Assembly (NCBI GenBank): GCA_030704615.1
Contig: CM060732.1
Location: 77,934,001-77,998,000 of the forward strand
Source: Takakia lepidozioides
Taxonomy: Eukaryota; Plantae; Bryophyta
Reading direction: 5' to 3'
DNA length: 64,000 bases
The notes below the pieces were generated by a model. The model was given only the letters and a program-made list of their open reading frames with translations. It searched no databases and was not told the origin of the DNA. The position numbers and the translations under genes are program-made. Positions within the stretch are counted from its first letter, which is position 1, and the number at the start of each line of letters is the position of its first letter. Of the stretch, positions 36,329 through 49,180 are shown piece after piece.

Positions 36329-38243
36329 CTACTGACTGCAACAGTAAGATGTTGAACAAGCTGGTAGCCTTTGACAAGCTAGTTCACTTTTTCTTTTCAC
36401 ATCTTGAAGAAGAAAACACACACCCAGAGAGACCCCAATTCATGAGTATGTGAGTGACGTCACTTGTCATGGGCTTATGTGTGGGCTGGAGGGGTATGTT
36501 AACAGTGACTATGTGATCATGAAGGGATCAATTCTCAGAAGCATCTGATGTAATATATACTCTGGAAGACAGCAGATTGTGAGTGACAATTAATTCTCGT
36601 TGACATGACAAATCACAGCTCTTATAGGTAACTAATCTGTACAGTACAAGAGATTTAGGCTACAGAAGTCAGTTGCTTTCAATTTGATATTTCTAGTGGA
36701 TTTATTGGTGAGACAATGACTTGTAACCCCTTAGAACACACTTGGGGCATGAAATCCTATACAAAACAAACTGCATACAATAATCTATATGCACTCTTTT
36801 TGGTGCTGCAAGCATTGCTGCATGTAATATATTCACTCCTTGTTGCAGGCATGATACTGGCTTAGGGGAAACTGTTTGCATCATGACAGCTTGTTATAGC
36901 TTTGAGGCTGTAAAGCCCATGTGTAGTTCACCTGATATGTGATTGGAACGGTTAGCATGTGTGGATGCTGGCCTTGAGATGACTCTCAGTAGAAACAGAG
37001 TGCCATAGGGTACCAGGCATGCACTTATTTTGACTGGTATGTGTTGTTCACCTTACACTTAATGAGAGTTATTCACACTTGCCTGTCAAAGTTGGTATAG
37101 TTTTTATTGCACAATACAGGGAAGGCAGATGACACGGTATAATTGTGGTGCTCCCAAAAGTCTTCTGCAAGGGATGAGGACTCATGGGTCACACCTTTTG
37201 ATGGCAAGCACATCTGGCAGGGGAATTGTCTCCTCTGCATTTGTAGCAACTATGTTATGTCCACTTTCCACCAGATACAGCACGTTGTTTGCAAAGGGAC
37301 AACCCTGAAAAGAAACTAGTTGACAGTAGTTGAGGGTAACCCTGAAATAAAAACTCCGGAAAGACAGAGAACTGGATTTGCGGGCATGACTTGCATTTAA
37401 GGATCTGGCCCACCTATTTGCTCATTCTACTAGACCAGCAGCATTGACTGACACACATGATCGATCACAGTAATAAATCTCACAGCAATGAATCTCTCCG
37501 CAATCTCAATTCCCATCCTGCTATGGCAGCCTAGAGAGGTGGGTCACATGCGTGACCAAGAGATACAGTACCGGGTCGGTAGGCAACACGGATTTGCAGG
37601 CCATGCCAATCTTCCTCAAAGTGATGCCAACAATTCCTTCTAACCCTCTAGAGTTTGGACTGTCAAACATCACTGCAAGGAGATACTCCCACTGCTAGAT
37701 GCAGAAGGTTGGCAGCAATACCCTTTCTCTGACAAGACAATGATGTAAAACTTCAATTCTTAGTTACAAACCTCAGTCAATGCTCCCATAGAACCACGTG
37801 AGGTCTTGGAGATTCGAATGTTGCAGTTTACAGAGATCAAAATACCTACTCCCACTATCGAGACAGATGTCAACAGTCCGAATTCCTCGACAAGACAAGC
37901 TCTGGCGAGCACAGCAATCCACCAAACCCATCTGAGGCATTGGGAGACTTCCATGGTTCATGGGTTCCCAGTCCCACTGCAAATCAACCGCCAAGAGATG
38001 CAACAGTTCCAGTTCACTGACAAGACAGGGATGCAAGACTTCAGCTTTGCAGTTACAATAAGCTCAGGCAAAGCAAGCAGCAGACAATGGGACCTTTCCA
38101 CGGTTTGAGAATCCATGACCTCAGTAAGCTTAGGGGCTTATTAATCCGTCTTCTTCGCTGTGCACAACTGTGGATGAATGAGGGACGGGATGTATGCACT
38201 GTCGCACGATGGACCCGTCTCTGCAGTCTGCAAGCTTGCAGAG

Positions 38244-39377
38244 ATGGAGGCCATGGCGAGAGTGCTGCCCAGGTCGGGCCTTCTTGTCCGCTGTGTGACA
38301 CCGTTTCCGGCTGTACCTGCGTTGCAATCATGCCATGCCTCAGATTCATCTAGGTCGGTTTGTGGGTCTGTTCATACATGCTTGAGAGCTCAGATTTTGG
38401 GCCAGTTTGCTTTCGGCCGCTCTGCTTGGCAACCGTTGCGGCACCGGAGCCTTGTTATAAGATCACAATCCGATGCAGTTGAGAAGGAGGAGAAAGTGCC
38501 CAGTATTGGGTTTCTGGGTCTAGGAATTATGGGAACTGCAATGGCGCGCAACCTTGTCAATGCTGGATACGATGTCACAGTGTGGAATAGGACAGCCACT
38601 AAGTCTGATTCGCTTGTCAAGGAAGGCGCTAAGCGCGGGGAAACACCGGAGCAAACAGCAGCGGCTTGTGACATCACGTTTGCGATGCTTGCAGACCCAG
38701 CCGGAGCAATGGAGGTAGCTTGTGGCGCTGAAGGTGCTGTTAATGGTCTGGGTCCTGGTAAAGGCTATGTGGATGTATCCACTGTTGACGCCGATACATC
38801 GAAACTCATAGCCAATGCCGTTCGAGCTGCGGGAGCTGAGTTTCTTGAGGCACCTGTGTCTGGTTCGAAAAAACCTGCAGAAGATGGGACTCTCATTTTC
38901 CTTACTGCTGGTGACAAGGCGTTGTATGAGAAGGCGGCCCCTTTTTTGGATATCATGGGCAAGTCCAGATTTTACCTGGGGGAAGTGGGCAACGGAGCAG
39001 CCATGAAGCTGGTGGTGAATATGGTGATGGGCAGCATGATGGCATCTTTCTCAGAGGGACTGGTACTGGGAAGAAAAGTGGGTCTTGATCCCAATACCAT
39101 CATCGAGGTCATAGGACAGGGAGCAATTAGTGCACCCATGTTTGCAATGAAGGGGCCATCCATGGTGAAGAATTCGTACGCTCCTGCGTTTCCTCTGAAG
39201 CACCAGCAGAAGGATTTGCGACTGGCCTTGGCAATGGCAGATGAGCTTGGACAGCCCATCCCTGTGGCTGCCGCAGTCAATGAAGTGTACAAACGTGCCA
39301 AGGCAACAGGCCTTGGTGACCAAGATTTTTCAGCTGTGATTGAAGCTATCAACTCAGAAGGGCCGACGAGGACTTGA
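38244..39377 (+). CDS. GLYR2: Glyoxylate/succinic semialdehyde reductase, organellar type (GLYR2-like), intronless
   Basis: Transit-peptide-like N-terminus, IGFLGLGIMG, VWNRT, FAMLADP, EAPVSGSKKPAEDG.LIFL, catalytic AAMKLVVN, FPLKHQQKDLRLAL. First plausible ATG 38244 (ORF open from 38178). Confidence 0.93.
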   Translation: MEAMARVLPRSGLLVRCVTPFPAVPALQSCHASDSSRSVCGSVHTCLRAQILGQFAFGRSAWQPLRHRSLVIRSQSDAVEKEEKVPSIGFLGLGIMGTAMARNLVNAGYDVTVWNRTATKSDSLVKEGAKRGETPEQTAAACDITFAMLADPAGAMEVACGAEGAVNGLGPGKGYVDVSTVDADTSKLIANAVRAAGAEFLEAPVSGSKKPAEDGTLIFLTAGDKALYEKAAPFLDIMGKSRFYLGEVGNGAAMKLVVNMVMGSMMASFSEGLVLGRKVGLDPNTIIEVIGQGAISAPMFAMKGPSMVKNSYAPAFPLKHQQKDLRLALAMADELGQPIPVAAAVNEVYKRAKATGLGDQDFSAVIEAINSEGPTRT

Positions 39378-41655
39378 CACAAGAGTCAGGTGTGATAGAA
39401 GGGTTTTTATATCTCTACATCTCCATCTGTTCAAAGGTGTTTGCAAGCCCACATGTTTTGCAGTTTTATATACTAACACCTTGTCATCCACCCCCTCCTC
39501 ACTATCGATTTACGGCTGTTTATCCAGTGCTCAGGAAGTCAAGGATTATGCTGTAAAGGTGGCAGCCCAAATGATCAAGCGAACTTGTCACATGATGACC
39601 TGTACAGGTTGTGGTAGCCTCAAAGTCAAGTGCTTTGTATGTAAAACTTGAAATTATGCCATGAATAGCAGTATTTCTCTACATTCTACAAGGAAACATA
39701 ACAGTGATTACCAATATAGTCCAAGGTTGAGAGTGAATTCGGACCCTAAGATACGACTAATGAGCATAATCAGACAGCAGAGGTCAGTTTTCCTTTATAT
39801 ACAGTTGTATTGGAGCCAAAGCCACTCAACCAATATAGCACGAGTCCACTTATCAATTGCAATAGATACCTGCCTTTGGATTAGTCTCACCTTCATGAAG
39901 TTCTAGGACTGTGAGTATCCTACACTGGGTTTCCCCTGGTTGAGAGTTCCACAGAAACCAAATTTTAGGTGTGTTGAGGGTGTGCTAGTTTAGGTAGGGT
40001 AAAAATGTAGGTTACTGTATGGGCAGCTCTGTAAAGCCTAGTTTCTTGTTCTTGTTTTCAACAGGGTGGATCAAGCTCATGCGTCTGAGGAGGAAGTTGG
40101 GAAGATTTGAGGGGAAGGCCTCGAGTGGAATGACTAATATGACTCCGTGGACAAGACCAAGCTGAAGTATGTCTCAACAACTCTCAAAACATTTAGTTTG
40201 ATTCTGAATATGCAACAGTCTAAGTTACTGTGAAAAGTTGGAAAGAAAACCAGACTCTTTCCTCTATGGCCAGTCCTCTCGTTGTACCGTTGTACACTGT
40301 TCTTCGCAGTGTTGGGTGTGTTCTTCTTCTATGTTGCTGCTTTGCCATACTCAATGAGAGACCTCCCCGTGAACCATATCTATTCTAAAGGGTTGGTTTT
40401 CAGAGTTACCATTGACTTGTTTTGCCAAACATTGTCCAGTTTTGTGGCCGAAATAAATTGCTGGACCTCTGGTAGATTCCAGATTCATCATGAAACTCCA
40501 ACTAGTAGAGGTTGCTCTTCTTAAACCACCCCTGATGTAAGAGTGAAGTTTTGGTGCATTTTTTGGTATCCAGCTGTCAATTTGTAGTGTTCATGGAAGC
40601 TGGTTCTTAGTAAAAGCTGTACTTAGTGTGGGATTTTGAAATTTTAAACAACCTAACAGGAATTGTGGTTGGAAGTACAACTGAATAAGTTCCTGGCAGA
40701 AGTCATGATTGTCTTGATGATGACTAGAAAAAGTGACTGCTACATTGCTGGTGAGAGACAAAATGGAATTGAAAGTTGCAAGTGAATTACAGGCCTGCTT
40801 GCAGTATGAAAACCTTTGTAGAGGAACATAAATATGACTGCTGTGTGGCCTCAGAATCTGAAATGAAAGTGCTAAACAGAAAGCTCAACTCTAAAGTCAA
40901 GGCCCACCTCCCATGCAGCATCAGCTAGGCCCTTAATCCAGCCATGGTAGACAACCACGCCTATCAAAGGCAACCTAGCTAATACTTTTTTCTAGCAATC
41001 GTCTCTCCAACTTTTGCTCCGCTCTGCTGACAGATTAGGCGATAGTCAAATACTGCTAGATATCCCCCCTGTGCCATATCAATCCCCAGTACCCTCTGAT
41101 TCCAATGTGCACCACTAGCATTCTGGACAATGATGGAGCAGTTCTCTCACTGCCCCCCACTCTCTAGAATGTGATGTGTGATCATGAACTGCATTGACAC
41201 ACAGTGGATGAAGGTGAAGAAAGGAGTACTGCGTCACAAAATAGTATATGTGATGAACCCACAGCATGAACAAAGAGTGTGTTACTTACAATTGTAGGGG
41301 CAGCAGTAAATTCGACATCTTCCTAGACTCCTTTGGCGACGGTGGAAGCATGAGCCAGAGTGTGTCGACCGGCGCCATCAGTAACTCGAGCGTATGTACA
41401 GATGTTGGTTGGCGTTTCTTGATGGTCTCGCATTGGTCGCCTCGCTGCTATCGGGAGAGTTTAGCCCGCCCGCTCCATGTTTTTCCTCTCTTTTGAGAAA
41501 AAATCAAGAGGGAGAATTGACCAGCTTTTTAGGAGAGGAGATTGCCCCAAATGGCTTGAAACCGGCAAGCCCAAAGAATTCCTGGAGCTCCACCACTGTG
41601 GAGATGCTCCTACTCCTACTCTTATGGAGATGTCACTGCCGACATGGATGCCATG

Positions 41656-41721
41656 GATCATAGCTCTTCTTAGAACACTACGTCGGATGATCATAGCTCT
41701 TCTTAGAACACTACGTCGGAT
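41656..41721. repeat. Perfect 33-bp tandem duplication
   Basis: GATCATAGCTCTTCTTAGAACACTACGTCGGAT x2. Confidence 0.95.
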
Positions 41722-42599
41722 TCCCACGGGCCTCCTCCAGAGATTGTATCGTTGAAGTACGGATTTGTGAGGATTGTGCAATAAATAGAAATATATAGAC
41801 TGTCCTCTCATGCAGGTGGATATTAACTGGGGGAGGTGCAAGGTGAGAAAAGCTCTGATGCTTTAGGGAGGAGCCAATAATAGATGTTTAGTACCTTTAA
41901 CCTTTATATCGTACTATGGATATCGTCTTCAAAGGGGCAGAGAGAGGAAATGCAAATATATTTGGAGTTAGGTACTCTCTGTAAATGGGCCCATGCCAGG
42001 GACAACTGGAAGAGACCCACCTAGGAGACAATCGGGCAGACTTCAATGCTTTGCTCGTCTGCATCTAGTTTTCAATCTTTACGGAGCTTAGAACAACACA
42101 AGCTTTTCAAGGCCACACTCGAGTAAAGGAAGCAAAGCCATCGCTGGTGTCCAGTGTCCACTGTCTTGGACACTGGACATCAACACTCACCCGGCAGACC
42201 CAGCTTTGGCAGTTTGCAGGGAGTTTCAGGATGTCATCGTCATAATGTAACGTACCTGGCTTTGGCAACACGGAATGCAGGGAATTGGAAAAGCATGGAG
42301 TTGCAATTTTCCTTGATCTTCCTTCTACACGTTAGTGGCCCTCTTACGCTCCTCTACACTGTCTTGCAATTGGGATTCAGCAGTTGTGACTTCCCCATCT
42401 TCAAATCCACATTCCAACATAAGAGCGCCACACACCCACAGATACCATGTGCACGCAATTCCACTTTAAAAGTAAACAGCCAAACACCACAAACACACAC
42501 TTGAAGGGTGTCCGCTGGGTGGAAGTGGCAAAAATTAGTTCAGAGGTTCTATCAGTTGGTTACAATATGCTACAGGACTGTAGAATTGCTATCAAGTTT

Positions 42600-45500
42600 C
42601 TAGCTTGTAGTGCGTTTGAGAGGTTGGGGCACTTTGGACATATCATCAGGTTCGTGCTTCACTTCCAGCAACAAGGCCACCACTTCTTTCATTGTGGGTC
42701 TTTCCGCTGGTGTCTGGTTCACGCACAGTAATGCCACCCCGAGTGACTGCAACATCTCCTGAATGAAGGGGTCGGGCATGCCCCGCAGCCTGGAATCCAA
42801 GACCTCCAATGTCCCTTGCATGTCCATCGTCATGGACTGCACCCATTTCACAAGATGCCAGCCCTCCTCACAACCAGACTCCACCGCTTGTCTCCCTGTC
42901 AGGATCTCCAGCAGCACTACTCCGTAACTGTATACGTCACTTTTCTCCGTGATGTTCAAGGTGTACCCATACTCTGCACATCAAATCAGTTTTTCCCGTA
43001 AGAATCTAAACAAGTTGTTTCCACTTCAAGAGGAGCCAGAGGCAGCTGAGACATAATAACATTTGCAAGAATCTACGAAATCATGCTTGCTTCAATCCGG
43101 GGTTACGGAACATACGCATCTCATGACCAAGCTGATTCATAGGGAAGCGCAGAGATCAGGTCCAATTCCTCCCAATCTCGAGCTTCAAGGAGGAGATATG
43201 GCTTCCAGCTAAACCGGCAGTTAGAAGCTTGGAATCACCTACTCTCTTTCTTCAACTGCATGCACCCACACTGACAGTCTACTCGAACAATGTCGGAAAA
43301 CTCACCAGGAGCAATATACCCGTAGGAGCCAGCAACCTTCGACATGGCCTTGGAATTTGCCGTGTCAATCAGCTTGGCGAGGCCGAAGTCAGCCACATAG
43401 GGCTCGTACCGAGATCCTAGCAGAATGTTGTTGGACTTAACATCCCTGTGCAAAATAGTGGGTACGCAGTCGTGGTGCAAGTATGCGAGTCCCTGTGCAG
43501 CGCCGATGGCGATATTGAACCTGGTCTCCCAGTCTAGCATTCTCTTCTTCTCGTGAAGGACTTCTCCCAGGCTCCCATTGGGTAGAAAGTCGTACATAAG
43601 CAAGTTGAGCTCCTTGTTAGAGCAGTATCCCAGTAGCCTCACAATGTTGCGGTGCCGAATGCGGCCCAGCGTGTCAATCTCTGCAGCAAATGCATCATAA
43701 TTACGTTCTCCGACGTTGGCCGGCCATAGCTTCTTGACAGCTATCGTCTCCCCCCCGCCCATTTCAGCCTTGTAAACGATACCGGAGCATCCACTTCCAA
43801 TTACATTGGCCTCAACTAGGTTGTCCAGTACATCGTCGACTGTGAACATCAACTTCTGGAAGCGGGTGAGCCTCCATGGCCACGAGCTTTCTGGCTCTGC
43901 TCGAAAAGGGTTTCCATAGATCCAATAGCGTTTGTAGAACAGGAAAGATCCTACACAAAGAATGAGTAGTGCCAATCCAAACAGGAGGCACACCATTGTT
44001 GTTGTTCCAGCCTTACTCGTGAAGTGGTGTCTCCCAGGAGGACGTTGCACAGGGGCCTGGTATGCACATGTCATGTTCGACGGAGATTGTGGAATGCACA
44101 GGCCAGGGTTGCCCATCAATGCAGTAGAAGCCAAATTCCGGAAGACGGAGGAATCGGGTAGATTCCCAGTGAAGTCGTTGAAAGACACATTTAACATCGA
44201 TAGGCTGTCGAGTTGTCCAATAATCTGCAGACTACCTGAGAGGCTGTTGTGCGACAAATCCAGAAGCTGCAGATTGATAAGCGTCCCAAGTTCGTCGGGG
44301 AGTGTACCCGAGAAGTTGTTCCAGCTGAGGTCCAGACCAGCGACCAGGCTTACGATATTGCCGAACTCAGGAGAAATTGGGCCACTCAACTGGTTGTGGC
44401 TGACATTCAGCATCTCCAGCTTCTGGCAGTTTGCAAATGTCGGGGGCAGTCTTCCCACAAAACCATTGGAGCTGAATGAGAGCCTACTGGCCGCTCTCAA
44501 GTTTCCAACCTCCACAGGCAGGGGGCCCAACAAATTGTTCTGAGATACGTCCAGTGACTCCAGTAAGGCAAGGTTACCAAGCGTGGAGGGCAAGGTGCCA
44601 CTGAGCTGGTTGGCATGCAAATCCATCAGCTGCAGCGCGTTGCATACGCCGATCTCACTAGGAATGCTCCCAGACAAGTTGTTCATGGACAGATCGAGGA
44701 AAATGAGATTTGGGAGATGGCCCAATTGATTGGGGATGCTGCCTGTAAGAGAGTTGTTGGCAATGCGCAGGCGTATGAGGGCGACACACTGCCCAATCTG
44801 TTGAGGAATCTCACCTGACAACCGGTTGGACAGTAGCACCAACTTTTGCAGATTGGGTATAGCGAAGAGCTCTGGAGGAATGCTGCCGTTCAACATATTC
44901 CAGGACATGTCTATGGTTTCCAGCTTCGAGCAGTTGCCCAGCGATGGGGGAATGCTGCCTGTCAGATTATTGTGCCACACCAACAGTTTGCTCAACATTT
45001 TCAATCCTCCAATTTCCGGTGGGAGAGCCCCAGACAGCTGATTTCTGTCCATCTGCAGGTCGCCCAACATGCTGCAGTTGCCCAACTCTGGGGGTATAGG
45101 ACCCTCCAATTTGTTGGCAGTCAGATACAGTGCCCACAGATTCTGCAGCTTCCCTAGCTCCCTCGGTATGCTGCCAGACAGCTGATTGCTGGACAGTTCC
45201 AATGATTGTAGCGAAGTGCAGTTACCAAGAGATGGAGGGATCTCTCCCGTGAGCTCATTGAACCAGAGATTCATTTCAGTCAGATTTTGCAGCTGGCCAA
45301 GCTCTGGAGGGATAGATCCGGTGAGCTGATTTTGCTCTAGATAGAGGCTCACCAAACTGCGACAGTTGCCCAGCTCTGGAGGAATGGCGCCCGTTAAGTT
45401 CGCTGAATAAATCGCCAACACCTCCAAGTTGGACAGCTTTCCAAACTCGTGAGGAATGCTTCCCGTGAGACCAGTGATTGCAAATCCTAGGTGTGTGAGC

Positions 45501-46186
45501 TGCGTGCAGTTGCTGAGTTCCGGAGGTAGGCTGCCTGTTAAGTTCAAATTCCCGCCACCCCGCAAGACCTGTAAGTTGCCGAGCTGCCCAAGTTCGGAGG
45601 GGATGCTACCGCTCAGGCTATTTCCGTAGACAAAGAGAGTAACAAGACTAGTGCACCGCCCAAGCTCTGGCGGGATGGGACCGTTCAGAAAGTTGGAATT
45701 CAGTCGCAGGTCCTGGACCTGACCGAGCTGTCCCAGCTGTGGAGGAATGAAGCCGGTTATGCTATTCTGACTAAGGTCCAGCACCTTCAAGCTGCTGCAA
45801 TTGCCGAGCTCAGGGGGAATGGAGCCGGTTAGATTAGTAGCATACAGATCCAGATACTGCAGTGCAGTAAGCTCTCCAATCTGAGGGGGAAGTATGGCGT
45901 ATAGTGAGAGGGACGGCAAGGAGAGGTTGTAAACGCGGCCATCAGGGGTGCAGGACACGCCCCTCCAGCCATTGCAAGGTGTGGGGTCACTTGCATTCCA
46001 GCTGGACAATACGTCCCGGGAGCCTCTCACCTGCTGCAGGAATGCCAACAATGCCACACCATCAGGAGACATAGCAGCTCCCCACACCACACACACCTGC
46101 AGTGTGCACAGCACTAGCCACACTCCTCTACATCTCATCATCGTGCTTTCGATTGCAGCTGCAGATCTGGCTTTCCGTTGTTTCAT
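42600..46186 (-). CDS. LRR receptor-like kinase, subfamily XI, RGI/RGFR-like (2 exons, ~1084 aa)
   Basis: Signal peptide, LRRNT (W....PC.W.GV.C), more than 20 LRRs with RGGG and RLR motifs, GNPGLC cap, TM, kinase (AVKKLW, HRDVKSNN, DFG, GSYGYIAP|EYGY). Exons 46186-43306 and 42973-42600. Confidence 0.96.
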
Positions 46187-48339
46187 GGACTTTCCAGCCT
46201 CTGGTCACCCCATGCAGAGTTTCTCTACCCAAAACATCGAACACTTGCATCCCAGACTTGACCTCCTACGCCCCGACCTCTCTTCGGATTGAGGAGCAAG
46301 TGTACACATCTAGACCCACGTTCCACAACGGAGCAGAAGCTAAGTGAGGGGCTCCATGAAACAATGCTGCAGGTTTTCGAACCTTCGACACAGAGACATA
46401 CAGCACCCAACTAGAACGACAACGACAGGCCCACTGACTTCTGACCTCCTCTCTAGCTCCAAGCTCTCCCTTCTGTCTGTCTTTACATTTCTACTGTAGG
46501 AAGTATTGTCTATCCAGCAGCAGCTGAAGGTGTCAGTTGGAGCATTCCTTTCCATATGTATTTCCACGGCCTCTCCGGGCACCGTTTCTGAGTATGTACT
46601 GCCCCCCTGACCACTCTCTCCTCTTTCTCGTGTACAGCGTCTGTTAGGCCGGTACATGCCCTCCATTGTTTCCGTATAACAACGTTACACACCCCCGCCC
46701 ACCTCCCCACCTCTCATTACTCCATCAACTCCTCCCTGCTTTCACCCATCCAGGACAGTTTTCAAAACTTCTGGCCTCAAACAGGGAGTGGGTTCTGGGT
46801 GTATTTATTGAAACCCACGATGCAACATAATCTCCAACAAGTTCAGTCCTTTTCTAGTTTTGAACTAAGGACCAGTGACTGTTGTGGGCTGCGGCTGGTT
46901 TATCTAGCTTAGCTTCTAATCACTCATTAGGCACGCTCGCTTAGCATTAAAGAATAGTTTGCATTGACTTTATCCATCTTTAAGAGCTCACAACCCACGA
47001 AGGGGATTGCGATCTGCAGTTGAAGAGATACTATATATAATGGATGATCTCTGGTGCGGCGAGCAATTTACTCTCTCACACACATAGGCTCTGAGACCTA
47101 CTCTCTCTCTGAAGCAAAACATGGCGGCGCAGAGGTTGATTTACCAAATCTTCTACTGAGGTGCGGCGTTAATGACATCCCTCACACACATGTCACGGAG
47201 GCAGGCATTATCATGCAGGAAACATGTTGATCAAGCCATGGATCAGCAAAGCAACGCTGCAATTGGGTGTGCAGGCTAACCACCCTGCTGCACATACAGC
47301 ATGCAGGACAATAGTAAGTGGTCCGTGGTCCCTTTGCTCCACAATTAGTGTGAGAGGCTAGGTGTATCACAGGGATTGATGGCGACTGTTACACTTGCGC
47401 CCACACTGATCATCACCAGCTCTCATCACTCTCTCTGTCTCTTTTCTTCCGTTTTCCCCCTCACTCTTGCCAATGTCTTTGACAAATCTGCGAGCTTCAT
47501 GTCCTAAACATGAGTGCGGGTCTTGTCCGGCCTGCAGTAAACGGATTAGGTACTAATGCTCTCATTGAGACACAACCGAGCGCCCATGGGCCACACATGG
47601 GCCAGCCATGGGCGGTCAATGGGGCTCCTGACCAGATTTGGCACCACCAGATGTTCTGCATCTTGGATTTCTCGGCCCTCTAATTGAGGAAACTTATTGA
47701 GCGCCCCACTTTATGGCCTGAAAAGCCACAAGAGCAACTGGAACAGTGGAAACGGAGCACCGCACAAACCTGCTGCCAACTGATGGGCCGTCATTAGAAG
47801 CTAACCTCACTCCTGACACTCAATTACTCTTTGCCTACCTGACATCATCTGCACAAGTGTAAAGCGCAAAGGACCCTCCACACCTGGTGCCATGTCAGAG
47901 CTCTGTCAGTGGTGGGCGATGGCAGAATACCTACGCAACAGATGTCATGACTGAAAACATCAACTCCCCCCGTGATATGTTACAATACCCACATGGCGTC
48001 CTTGGTTTGTTAGCAGCTGTACCCATCACTCTCTCAACACCAGCCTGTGTGCAGTCCTTATACAAGGGTAAGTTTATGTATGTGTTCAGAGTGCCCAAGA
48101 GCCCAGTGTATGCACTTGTATCTGCACTTGTATAAATTGTATGTTTTTGAGGGGCCTTCAACCCCTAAACAACTCATTTTTCATTCACACCGTAACTTCT
48201 GTGGATGAAGTCGGATGAGCATGCGGTCTGAATGAAAAATGTAGGCGCCATTGTCCTCTACATGCTGCAACAAACGGCACACTAAAACCATAAATTCTCT
48301 GCACGGTAGGATTGTTTTAGGGTGAAGGGGTACTGGATT

Positions 48340-49180
48340 TGGGTGGTGTCCAAGCAGGTTGATCGCCCCCAAGGGGTGTCCACGCAGGTCAACTTCCCAC
48401 GTGGCAGGCCGGAAGGCGTTTCAGAAAATGCCCCATCCAACCTAGAAATTTGCTCTTAATCAGAATTTGTTTTTGGCAGTGTACTTTACATTGGAGCAAA
48501 GCACACTGAGTGTAGGAATTTGGATTCCAAGTAGAATTTCTAGACATTTTAGGAGCCTTGATTCACTACAACAAGTGAAAGGATTCAGTTATCATCTACT
48601 AGCTATAAATGTTTATCATCCACTTTTGGATGGGTCTCTCTCCGTCAGAGTCTACGCTAGCCATTTTGGCTTGTGAGCCTTATAGCCCCTTGGGGTTTGT
48701 TTTTTTCCCCCTCATTAATAAAAATTCGAGGGCCTCTTCCCTTCTTCTTATTATTATTATTATTTTGGAAAATCTATCCCCAAAAATTCACATACAAAGC
48801 AAACCTCCTAAATTTTAGGTCTTTCACTCTGAAATTTTCAGAGAGGCCGGAGGCTATTCGGAGGCTATTCACGCAAGAATCCGGAGGCTATTCACGCAAG
48901 AGACATATGGATGTTGGAAATTTTCCATGGTCAAACCATTTTTTGTCATGTAATTCTCAATCGGGTTCCAATTTTTGTCATTTCTTTTTGCTATAATCTC
49001 CCATAGAGCCCCACCCCTGAAAGGGGACAGCAGTATCTGCAAGGGGAGGAGGCTCATATATATCTCATTTGCAACGGTCAAACCTGCCCAGATTTTGTGA
49101 TGATGTTCATGTCGTCAGGAGGGAGGAGGTTGTAAGGTCCATCCAAGCATTGGATGGGGGTTAGGGACATAGGTAGTTTA
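48340..49180. mobile_element. Putative non-autonomous DNA element relic with short tandem repeats
   Basis: Repeated GGTGTCCA.GCAGGT and CACGTGGCA at the left end, AT-rich core, and three GGAGGCTATTC repeats at ~48849-48900. No clear TIR pair. Confidence 0.25.

Noticed and set aside
41200-41841. ORFs around the 33-bp duplication as a gene
   Set aside because: Stops or broken frames on both strands and no recognisable domain; at most an old pseudogene fragment.
43962-45157. Plus-strand ORFs inside the LRR-RLK (likewise antisense ORFs within gag/pol, GLYR2 and the PPR gene)
   Set aside because: Antisense shadows of real coding sequence.
23519-48900. CRISPR-like arrays at the short tandem repeats (23519, 41656, 48849)
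   Set aside because: Only 2-3 units, no unique spacers, eukaryotic context, no cas genes.
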